The notes under the pieces: generated by a model
What the model saw: the letters and a program-made list of their open reading frames with translations, nothing else
Database searches by the model: none
What the model was told of the DNA's origin: nothing
Origin: Minisyncoccota bacterium
GTDB taxonomy: Bacteria; Patescibacteriota; Minisyncoccia; Phycocordibacterales; UBA9973
Length of the DNA stretch: 64,000 nucleotides
Direction: 5' to 3'
Assembly: GCA_041667145.1 (NCBI GenBank)
Contig: JBAYFP010000001.1
Location: forward strand, 17,958-81,957
Shown: positions 8,441-16,290 of the stretch, piece by piece
How the letters are laid out: each line of letters opens with the position of its first letter
Position numbering within the stretch: the stretch's first letter is position 1
Translations under genes and position numbers: made by a program

Positions 8441-10111
8441 ATGGATAAAGATTTTTATAAAAACTTAAAAGTAGCAGGTTATTCTAGAAAATCATCTGAA
8501 GCAGAAGATAGACAAGTACTTTCTATAGGCTCACAAAAAGATGAGATAGAGAAAATGAAAGAATTAAATGGAATTACAGACACAATTTATTACGAAGACA
8601 GTAAATCAGCAAAAACTCCAGGAATAAGAGATCATTTTTCAAACATGATACAGGATATAAAAAATGGTAAAAGAAATGCAATTGCATGTTGGAAACCCGA
8701 CAGACTTGCAAGAAATATGGATGAGGGTGGAGAGATTATAGATTTATTACAAAGAGGAATTATCAAATCAATAATTACGCCTAGTAAAACCTATACACCT
8801 TCTGAACCAAGCTGGTCATTACTTCTTGAATTTGGTATGGCTAATCAGTTTAGTCGTGATTTATCTGTAAACGTAAAAAGAGGTCAAAATAAAAAAGCTA
8901 GAATGGGTATTCCACATGGATTAGCAAAAATAGGTTTTTTGAATGACAAAACTGAAGAAAAAGGAAATAGAAAATGGTTGATTGACGAAAAAAGATTTCG
9001 AATAATAAAAGAGGTATTTAAGGTATATCTAACTGGTAATTATTCTGGAGGTCAAATGTATGATCTAGCAATAAGAGCCGGACTTACTACACCAAAACAC
9101 AAACATAGTGGTGGTAATTCAATAACCCATTCTAGAATATATACAATATTAAAAGATACAATATATGCTGGTTTTTTTCATCAAGGAGGAGAAAGATACG
9201 AGTTAGATAAAACCTTACCTAGAATTATTACCGAAGATGAACACGAGAAAGTACTTAGAATGCTTTCTGGTAAAAATATACCAAAAACACAAACTCATCA
9301 ATCGATGTATGGCGGTTTTATAATATCACCTCAAAATAAATCCATAGGTACAGACTGTAAATTTCAAATTATATGTGAGTGTAAATACAAATTTTCTTAT
9401 ATTAATAAAACTCATTGTCCAAAATGTGGAAAAGAAATAATTTTAATAAAAAATCCAAAATATCTTGAGTATGAATATTATTACAATGTTGCCTTGAAAA
9501 AGAAAAAGTGGTCAATTAAAAATATTTCACAAAGTAAAGTTACTGATTTTTTATTAGAATTTGCGGATAAGTTTTCAATGTCCCCCGCTCTTGCAAATTG
9601 GTCCAGACGCCATATCCATGAAATTCATGATTCTGAAGTTGAATCAAAATTAGTGGTTGTAGAAAGTCAAAAGGAAAGGATTGAACAACTAGAAACAAAA
9701 AAGGAAAGATACCGTAATATGTTAGCTGATGAGATGATAGAAAGAGAAGAATACGAACATGACACAAAGAAATTTAGCGCCGAAATAGAAAAAATTAAAC
9801 AAAATTCACAAAACCAAGTAAATTGGCTACAAGAAGCTGAAAAAATAATTGACTTGGGGTTAGAAATGAAAAAAATAATCAAAAATGGAACCACAATGGC
9901 AAAAAGAGAGATACTTTCTAAACTCGGTTCGAACCTAATCTGGGACGAGGAAGAACTCAATATTATCAACAAAAAACCAATCCAAGTGCTGATCGATGGA
10001 CTTCTTTGGGCCAAACAAAAAAATCCTAAGTTCGAACCTAGTTCTATAGTTGATACATCAAGTCAGAATGATGTTTTTGAGGACATTCGTCCTATCTTGC
10101 TCCGGGGGTAG
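8441..10111 (+). CDS. large serine recombinase (resolvase/invertase catalytic domain + recombinase domain + zinc ribbon)
   Basis: N-terminal AGYSRKSSEAEDRQ..SIGSQ catalytic-serine motif, DRLAR, C-terminal CPKCGKE zinc ribbon; 556 aa; 3' end overlaps the tRNA 3' end. Confidence 0.85.
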   Translation: MDKDFYKNLKVAGYSRKSSEAEDRQVLSIGSQKDEIEKMKELNGITDTIYYEDSKSAKTPGIRDHFSNMIQDIKNGKRNAIACWKPDRLARNMDEGGEIIDLLQRGIIKSIITPSKTYTPSEPSWSLLLEFGMANQFSRDLSVNVKRGQNKKARMGIPHGLAKIGFLNDKTEEKGNRKWLIDEKRFRIIKEVFKVYLTGNYSGGQMYDLAIRAGLTTPKHKHSGGNSITHSRIYTILKDTIYAGFFHQGGERYELDKTLPRIITEDEHEKVLRMLSGKNIPKTQTHQSMYGGFIISPQNKSIGTDCKFQIICECKYKFSYINKTHCPKCGKEIILIKNPKYLEYEYYYNVALKKKKWSIKNISQSKVTDFLLEFADKFSMSPALANWSRRHIHEIHDSEVESKLVVVESQKERIEQLETKKERYRNMLADEMIEREEYEHDTKKFSAEIEKIKQNSQNQVNWLQEAEKIIDLGLEMKKIIKNGTTMAKREILSKLGSNLIWDEEELNIINKKPIQVLIDGLLWAKQKNPKFEPSSIVDTSSQNDVFEDIRPILLRG

Positions 10112-10416
10112 GGATCGAACCTACGACCAATCGCTTACACTTTATCTTCTATTACTAGAAGTGTGGACTATATCATCTCCATGTTCATAACTTATGAATT
10201 TAGGAGCAAGGCGCTTCGCGCTCTAATAAATATTAGAGAGCTACTCCAAAATGGATAGTCTCTACACCTTCCTCAATTTTGTAATTGAGGCTTGGCTCGG
10301 GATTACCCTAAAAGGGCTTCCCCGAATTCACCTTGTTGTTCAACCTACCTTTTGATAGGAAGCTGCGTAATTTTTTATCGACACAGGCGACCGCTCTACC
10401 GCTGAGCTACCCCGGA
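10100..10416 (-). tRNA. tRNA (probably Asn-GUU) interrupted by a group I intron in the anticodon loop
   Basis: 5' exon TCCGGGGTAGCTCAGCGGTAGAGCGGTCGCCTGT (10383-10416) and 3' exon TAAGCGATTGGTCGTAGGTTCGATCCCTACCCCCGGAG (10100-10137) fold into a 72-nt cloverleaf with anticodon loop CUGUUAA; exact splice junction not resolvable by eye. Confidence 0.7.
10138..10382 (-). ncRNA. group I intron (IC3-like, Azoarcus/cyanobacterial tRNA intron type)
   Basis: contains AATCCCGAGCCAAGCC and GGAAGGTGTAGAGACTATCC, matching the conserved P7/P3 region (GAGCCAAGC, GAAGGUGUAGAGACUA) of Azoarcus tRNA-Ile and cyanobacterial tRNA-Leu introns. Confidence 0.7.
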
Positions 10417-10561
10417 ATGTATTTAATTAATGAAAGAACTTTAATTATCTTAACAGAAAATGAGTAAAAAACAATAGAGTAGATTTATTATTGAATTTAA
10501 AGTATAATATGAATTATATTATTAATAATCAAAATCATAACCGTTTAAGGCGGTAAATTAT

Positions 10562-10687
10562 ATGGCAAAAAGAAGTACAACCCTTGGTCCAAAAAAGAAA
10601 TCACGACGTTCACATAAGACAAAGAAAAGATTAGAAATTAAAAGGCTTATGCTAGCTAAAAAGGCTACTAAAAGAAAACATAAGTAA
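10562..10687 (+). CDS. small highly basic protein (41 aa), ribosomal-protein-like
   Basis: MAKRSTTLGPKKKSRRSHKTKKRLEIKRLMLAKKATKRKHK; AAGGCGG SD upstream; the LAKKATKRKHK tail loosely resembles bL35. Confidence 0.3.
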   Translation: MAKRSTTLGPKKKSRRSHKTKKRLEIKRLMLAKKATKRKHK

Positions 10688-10689
10688 AT

Positions 10690-11136
10690 ATGAAGTCTAT
10701 ACTTAATTTTTTTGATAAACTTGAAGATAGAATCAGAGCTCAGTTGAGTCATTACCCTATACTTTATGCATTTATTGGTGGGGTAGGGATAGTTATCTTT
10801 TGGCGTGGTGTTTGGCATACGGCAGATTTTTTTACTACAATTATTGTTTTATACCAACAAAATGAATCAATTGATTTAGGTATTCTCCCTTGGTGGGATG
10901 GACCGTTGTCTCTCGTTGTTGGGAGTGCATTGCTTTTATCCACTGGTTTATTTGTATTTGATTTCATTGGTAGTCAGTCTATCATTTCAGGGCTTAAGGG
11001 AGAGAAAAAATTAGAAGAGAAAACAGAAGAAGAAGTCAGAGAAGAAACTGGTACAATAAAAGAGATAAAAGATGAAGTAAAAAAGATATCACGTCATTTA
11101 GATGAAATTGAAAAGGAATTAGAAGAAAAAAAATAG
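10690..11136 (+). CDS. hypothetical membrane protein with C-terminal coiled coil
   Basis: two TM segments then EEK-rich tail. Confidence 0.4.
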   Translation: MKSILNFFDKLEDRIRAQLSHYPILYAFIGGVGIVIFWRGVWHTADFFTTIIVLYQQNESIDLGILPWWDGPLSLVVGSALLLSTGLFVFDFIGSQSIISGLKGEKKLEEKTEEEVREETGTIKEIKDEVKKISRHLDEIEKELEEKK

Positions 11137-11169
11137 AGTCGTTTTTATTAGTTTAATTTAGTAAATTTT

Positions 11170-11844
11170 ATGGAAAACACAAAGAGTTATAGTAAGTTGT
11201 TGATAGGTATAGCATTATTAGTTTTTTCTGTAGTCTTTTTTCTTTCTGCTCAGAATTTTTCGAAACAGGGGTCTTATATTGAGGTGAAAGGATTGTCAGA
11301 GAAAATAGTTAAAGCAGATACAGCAATCTGGTCAATCAACTTTGAAGTTAAGTCAAACAATGTTGATTCTTTGTATGCTGATATAGAAAAGAATGTTACA
11401 ACAATTAAAAATTTCTTGAAGACAAAAGGTTTTGAAGATTCGGAAATAAACATTGCTCCAGTCAATACATATCAGGATACATATAAAGATGCATTATTTA
11501 GATATAATTCTACGACACAGCTCTCTGTTTATACGAAAAAAGTAGATTTAGTGAAGTCTGCTTCTAAGGATACTTTGATTTTAGTTAAAAATGGGATAGT
11601 TATGAATCAGAATTCAGTAAATTTTGAGTTTTCAGACATAAATAGTGTCAAACCTGAAATGTTGGCTGAAGCCTTAAAGAATGCGAAGGATACAGCTCAA
11701 AAAATTGCTCAAGATTCCGGGTCTAGTTTGGGTGGCTTGCATCGAGGGAATCAAGGAGTGTTTGATATTACAGATAAAGATTCTGGTTCACCTGAATACA
11801 AAAAGATACGTTTAGTTTCTACTTTACAGTTTTTGTTAAAATAA
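11170..11844 (+). CDS. SIMPL-domain (DUF541/BP26-like) protein
   Basis: signal anchor followed by the SIMPL-type pattern (KADTAIWSINFEV .. KNAKDTAQKIAQDSG). Confidence 0.55.
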   Translation: MENTKSYSKLLIGIALLVFSVVFFLSAQNFSKQGSYIEVKGLSEKIVKADTAIWSINFEVKSNNVDSLYADIEKNVTTIKNFLKTKGFEDSEINIAPVNTYQDTYKDALFRYNSTTQLSVYTKKVDLVKSASKDTLILVKNGIVMNQNSVNFEFSDINSVKPEMLAEALKNAKDTAQKIAQDSGSSLGGLHRGNQGVFDITDKDSGSPEYKKIRLVSTLQFLLK

Positions 11845-11849
11845 ATCAT

Positions 11850-11965
11850 AAAAAGTGAAGAACGAATATTTTTGCCGGTACGGATTTTTTGAAGCTTAAA
11901 AAATCCTGAAGTTTTCGCGCCGTCGCGCTCAAAACCCCTTAAAAACATTGTTCTTCACTTTTTAT
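11850..11965. repeat. structured repeat element copy 1: conserved 71-nt core inside a locus-specific long inverted repeat
   Basis: core 11876-11946 CGGTACGGATTTTTTGAAGCTTAAAAAATCCTGAA..AAACCCCTTAAAAAC shared with 27798-27869; flanks AAAAAGTGAAGAAC / GTTCTTCACTTTTT pair. Confidence 0.7.
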
Positions 11966-12135
11966 TTTTCACAAAACTTGTCGTAGGCGTACTTATTAGA
12001 AAACATTGCGCAGGAGCTTAGAAAATAAAGGAGGTATCCCGGACTATTATTTTCTTGAGTGACGAGCATAGCAATCCGCCAGCTGGCGGATATGCGTGTT
12101 TTATAATAAGTATGCCAAGTAAAAAGATTTGTGAT

Positions 12136-12621
12136 TTATAGGAAAAGTTTTTGAATTTTTTCCCAAGGGATAGCGACGAGCATCGTTCCCAAGACTACCA
12201 AAAAAAGACCGATACCTGTTTGCAAAGTGACGCCTTCTGTCAAAACGACGACTGCAAGTATTGCTGTAAAGACTATGGAAAGTTTATCAATGACTGTCAC
12301 AGCGACAGTCGGTCCTACTGATAATGCTTGATAAAAGAAAATCCAAGACAAAGCTCCACCGAGCCCAGAGAGAATCACAAAAATCCATTGTTTTGTAGAA
12401 AGTGATGATATTGCCGTTACTGTGAGTTTTCCAAATGATAATGCAGCGATAGACACAATGATGGCCATTATGATGCCTCGAATCGCTGTCAATAAATTTG
12501 CGTCAACCCCTTTAAGTCCTAATTTAGCAAAAATAGTTCCCATGCTTGCCATAATTGCACCCAACAATGCGTATATTATATACATGGGTTTTATTATATC
12601 AAACACATTGAAATAAAGCAT
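12136..12621 (-). CDS. EamA/DMT-superfamily small transporter (4-TM)
   Basis: hydrophobic 4-helix protein with EamA-like pattern; true start probably the internal Met at 12585. Confidence 0.5.
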   Translation of the reverse strand: MLYFNVFDIIKPMYIIYALLGAIMASMGTIFAKLGLKGVDANLLTAIRGIIMAIIVSIAALSFGKLTVTAISSLSTKQWIFVILSGLGGALSWIFFYQALSVGPTVAVTVIDKLSIVFTAILAVVVLTEGVTLQTGIGLFLVVLGTMLVAIPWEKIQKLFL

Positions 12622-12641
12622 TTTAGGTGTAATATATATGT

Positions 12642-14402
12642 ATGAAAAGCGAGACGAAGCAATGTCAAAACTGCAAACAAGACTTTACAATAGAACCAGA
12701 AGATTTTAATTTCTATGAGAAAATAAAGGTTCCTCCACCGACTTTTTGCCCACTTTGTAGGGCAGAAAGGCGATTTACTTTTAGGAATGAACGTAAGCTT
12801 TTTAAAGTAAAAGATTTTTATACTGATAAGGATATTTTTTCTTTATATCCAGCACGTGATAGTAAAAAAAATTTTACTCAAGAAGAGTGGTTTAGTGACA
12901 ATTGGGATGCATTAGAATATGGTCGTGATTATGATTTTTCTATACCATTTTTTAAACAATTTTTTGATTTAGAAAAAGTAGTTCCAGTTTGGCCGCTTCG
13001 AGTTGAATACGTCGTAAATAGTCCATATAGTGCTAATGCCTCAGCACTTAAAAATTGTTATTTATGTTTTAATTCAAGTCAATCAAAAGATTGTATGTAT
13101 AATAATGCAATAGACTTCAGTACAGACTGTATTGATAATTCCCATATTTTTCAATCAGAACGATGCTATGAATGTTTTTGGACGGATAATTCCTACCAAT
13201 GTTATTATTCTATAATTTGTAAAGAATCCCATAATCTTTATTTTTGTAAAAATTGTCTCGGATGCTCGGATTGTTTTGGATGTGTAGATTTAAGGAAATC
13301 CTCGTATTGTATTTTTAATAAGCAATATACAAAAGAGGATTATAAAAAGGAGATAGAGAATATGAAATTAAATACCATTTCTGGAGTTTCAAGAGCAAGA
13401 GAGAAGGCTCGAGTTTTTTGGTTGACTATGCCAACAAAATATCATCAAGGTTTAAAAAATTACGATTCGACTGGTTCTTATGTAACGAATTGCAAAAACG
13501 TAAAAGAAAGTTTTCTAATGAGAGAAGGAGAAAATATTAAATATTCTCAATATTTACAAGTTCCGAAAAATAAAGATTGTTATGATGCTACTGCATGGGG
13601 ACAGAATATGGAACTTAATTATGAAACTTGTCTTTGTGGGGAAAATTCTTTTAATATAAAATTTTGTTCAGATTGCTGGCCTAATTTTAAAGATTCTGAA
13701 TATTGTATAAGTATGTTTAGTTGCTCGGATTGTTTTGGATGTGTTGGTTTAAAGAAAAAACAATATTGTATTTTGAATAAACAATATACAAAAGAAGAAT
13801 ATAAAATTTTAGTAGAAAAAATTAAAAAACATATGGATGATATGCCTTTTGTTGACAGTAAAGAAAGGATATATAAATATGGAGAATTTTTTCCTATAGA
13901 ATTTTCTCCATTTGGTTATAACAATACAACAGCAATTCAGTATTTTAAAATGACAAAGGAAGAAGCAGAAAAAAAGGGTTATCCATGGAAAGAAATTGAA
14001 AGGGGTGAATATAATATCACTAAAAAAGTATCAGAACTTTCTGATTCTATTAACGATGTTGATGATTCTATCTTAAAAGAAGTAATAGAATGTGAAAACT
14101 GTAAGAGACCTTATCGTATTTTAAAGAATGAATTTATTTTTTATAAAAAAGAAAATTTACCTCTACCTGATTTGTGTGATGAATGTCGTTTTAGAAGAAG
14201 AATTAATGACAGGCTGGGGATTAAGTTGTATGAAAGGTCCTGTATGTGTAAAAGCGATTCTGATGAAACAGGTGTCTATAAAAATACTGTAGAACATATA
14301 CATGGTAATGAACCTTGTGGTGAAATATTTAAAACTGGATATAGCCCTGATTCTAAAGAGATAGTATACTGTGAGAAATGTTATCAGCAGGAGGTTTATT
14401 AA
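12642..14402 (+). CDS. cysteine-rich protein, paralog 1 (about 60 Cys; N- and C-terminal zinc-ribbon-like CxxC pairs; internal repeats)
   Basis: CQNCKQDF..CPLCR N-terminal ribbon; internal duplicated blocks ..CKNCLGCSDCFGCV.. and ..CSDCFGCVGLKKKQYCILNKQYTKEEY..; C-terminal CENCK..CDECR..CEKCY. Confidence 0.6.
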   Translation: MKSETKQCQNCKQDFTIEPEDFNFYEKIKVPPPTFCPLCRAERRFTFRNERKLFKVKDFYTDKDIFSLYPARDSKKNFTQEEWFSDNWDALEYGRDYDFSIPFFKQFFDLEKVVPVWPLRVEYVVNSPYSANASALKNCYLCFNSSQSKDCMYNNAIDFSTDCIDNSHIFQSERCYECFWTDNSYQCYYSIICKESHNLYFCKNCLGCSDCFGCVDLRKSSYCIFNKQYTKEDYKKEIENMKLNTISGVSRAREKARVFWLTMPTKYHQGLKNYDSTGSYVTNCKNVKESFLMREGENIKYSQYLQVPKNKDCYDATAWGQNMELNYETCLCGENSFNIKFCSDCWPNFKDSEYCISMFSCSDCFGCVGLKKKQYCILNKQYTKEEYKILVEKIKKHMDDMPFVDSKERIYKYGEFFPIEFSPFGYNNTTAIQYFKMTKEEAEKKGYPWKEIERGEYNITKKVSELSDSINDVDDSILKEVIECENCKRPYRILKNEFIFYKKENLPLPDLCDECRFRRRINDRLGIKLYERSCMCKSDSDETGVYKNTVEHIHGNEPCGEIFKTGYSPDSKEIVYCEKCYQQEVY

Positions 14403-14405
14403 ATA

Positions 14406-14460
14406 CCCAGACGTTGGACATCTGGGGATTATCCATAGTTCCAGATGTCCAACATCTGGG
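14406..14460 (+). other. pair of GC-rich hairpins (inverted copies of a 21-nt unit) between the Cys-rich paralogs
   Basis: CCCAGACGTTGGACATCTGGG (14406-14426) and CCAGATGTCCAACATCTGG (14441-14459), each self-complementary. Confidence 0.5.
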
Positions 14461-14471
14461 TGAAGAAAATC

Positions 14472-16238
14472 ATGGAGTATAAAAATGAAAATAAAATATG
14501 TCAAAACTGTAAACAAGATTTTACAATAGAGCCAGAAGATTTCAATTTTTATGAAAAAATAAAGGTACCTTCACCGACGTTTTGTCCACTTTGTAGGGCA
14601 CAGAGAAGATTTGCTTTTAGAAATGAAAAAAAATTTTTTCGTACAAAAAGCGCATTTTCTAATAAGGACATTTTTTCTTTATTACCCAAAGAAAGTCAAA
14701 GAAAAATTGTGACCGAAGAAGAGTGGCATGGAGATACATGGGACGCGATGGAATATGCTAGTGAAATAGATTTTTCAAAACCATTTTTGAAACAAATTTT
14801 AGATTTAGAAAAACTAATACCCATTTATAATCTAAATTGTCAATTTATGGTAAATAGTCAGTATTCAGGGAATGCGACAGCCCTTAGAAATTGTTATCTT
14901 TGTTTTAATTCTAACCATTCTGAAGATTCTATGTATGGGAATGCAATCGATAGCTCAAAGGATTGTGTAGATAATTCACATGTAAACCATTCTGAAAGAT
15001 GTTATGAATGTTTTTGGTTAGAAAATTGTTATCAATGTTATTTTTCGATAATATGTAAAGATTCTTTTAATCTATATTTTTGTAAGAATTGCGTAGGATC
15101 TTCAAATTGTTTTGGGTGTATGAATTTAAGTAAATCATCTTTCTGTATTTTTAATAAACAATATACAAAAGAAGAATATGAAATTGAAATAGAAAAAATG
15201 AAATTGAACACAATTTCAGGAATTTCAAAAGCTAGAGAAAAAGCACGTATATTCTGGTTAACTAAACCAGTAAAAAATCATCAGGGTTTGAAGAATTTGA
15301 ATTCAACAGGTTCTTATGTGACAAATTGTAAAAACGTAAATGATAGTTATTTAATTAGGGAGAGTGAAAATATGCGTTATTGTCAGTATATGCAGGTTTC
15401 AGGTAACAAGGATTGTTATGATACCTCTATTTGGGGAGAACACATGGAGTTGGATTATGAGACTTGTCTTTCTGGTGAAAATTCTTACAATTTAAAATTC
15501 TGCTTAAATTGTTGGCCAGCTTGTCGGAATAATGAATATTGTATTAATCTTTTTAGTACGACGGATTGTTTTGGTTGTGTTGGTTTGAAAAAGAAACAGT
15601 ATTGTATCTTAAATAAACAATATACAAAAGAAGAATACGAAATTTTGGTAGAAAAAATTAAGAACCATATGTATGAAATGCCATATGTTGATTCACAAGG
15701 TCTTGTTTATAAATATGGGGAGTTTTTCCCAATAGAATTTTCAGCATATGGATACAACAATTCGATTGCTTTTCAACATTTCCCGATTACGAAAGATGAG
15801 GCAGAAAAAAGGGGATATTTATGGATTGAAGTTCCTCATGGAGAATATACTATTACGAAAAAAGTTTCGGATCTCCCAGATTCGATTGATGATGTTGATG
15901 ATAATTTTTTAAGGGAAGTTGTAGAATGTGAAAATTGTAAAAATGCTTTTCGTGTCTTAGAGGATGAATTAAATTTTTTACAAAAAGAGAAACTTCCTTT
16001 ACCGACGATGTGTCATGATTGTAGACATAAAAGAAGGATAAGTGATAGATTGGAAATAAAATTATATGAAAGATCTTGTATGTGCAAGGGGGACTTTGAT
16101 GAAACTGGTGTTTATAAAAATACTGTAAAACATATACATAGTGATGAACCTTGCGGTGAAATATTTAAAACTGGATATAATCCTGATTCAAAAGAAATAG
16201 TATATTGTGAAAAATGTTATCAGCAGGAGGTATATTAA
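14472..16238 (+). CDS. cysteine-rich protein, paralog 2 (tandem duplicate of 12642-14402)
   Basis: roughly two-thirds identical to paralog 1 along full length; start moved to the Met aligned with paralog 1 (the ORF-track start 14445 overlaps the hairpin). Confidence 0.6.
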   Translation: MEYKNENKICQNCKQDFTIEPEDFNFYEKIKVPSPTFCPLCRAQRRFAFRNEKKFFRTKSAFSNKDIFSLLPKESQRKIVTEEEWHGDTWDAMEYASEIDFSKPFLKQILDLEKLIPIYNLNCQFMVNSQYSGNATALRNCYLCFNSNHSEDSMYGNAIDSSKDCVDNSHVNHSERCYECFWLENCYQCYFSIICKDSFNLYFCKNCVGSSNCFGCMNLSKSSFCIFNKQYTKEEYEIEIEKMKLNTISGISKAREKARIFWLTKPVKNHQGLKNLNSTGSYVTNCKNVNDSYLIRESENMRYCQYMQVSGNKDCYDTSIWGEHMELDYETCLSGENSYNLKFCLNCWPACRNNEYCINLFSTTDCFGCVGLKKKQYCILNKQYTKEEYEILVEKIKNHMYEMPYVDSQGLVYKYGEFFPIEFSAYGYNNSIAFQHFPITKDEAEKRGYLWIEVPHGEYTITKKVSDLPDSIDDVDDNFLREVVECENCKNAFRVLEDELNFLQKEKLPLPTMCHDCRHKRRISDRLEIKLYERSCMCKGDFDETGVYKNTVKHIHSDEPCGEIFKTGYNPDSKEIVYCEKCYQQEVY

Positions 16239-16275
16239 GAGGAGGCCGGACCTTTTTAGAAGGTCCGGCCTCCTC
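16239..16275 (+). terminator. 16-bp GC-rich perfect hairpin right after the paralog-2 stop
   Basis: GAGGAGGCCGGACCTT / AAGGTCCGGCCTCCTC; no T-run follows. Confidence 0.4.
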
Positions 16276-16290
16276 TAGTTATCCACAATT

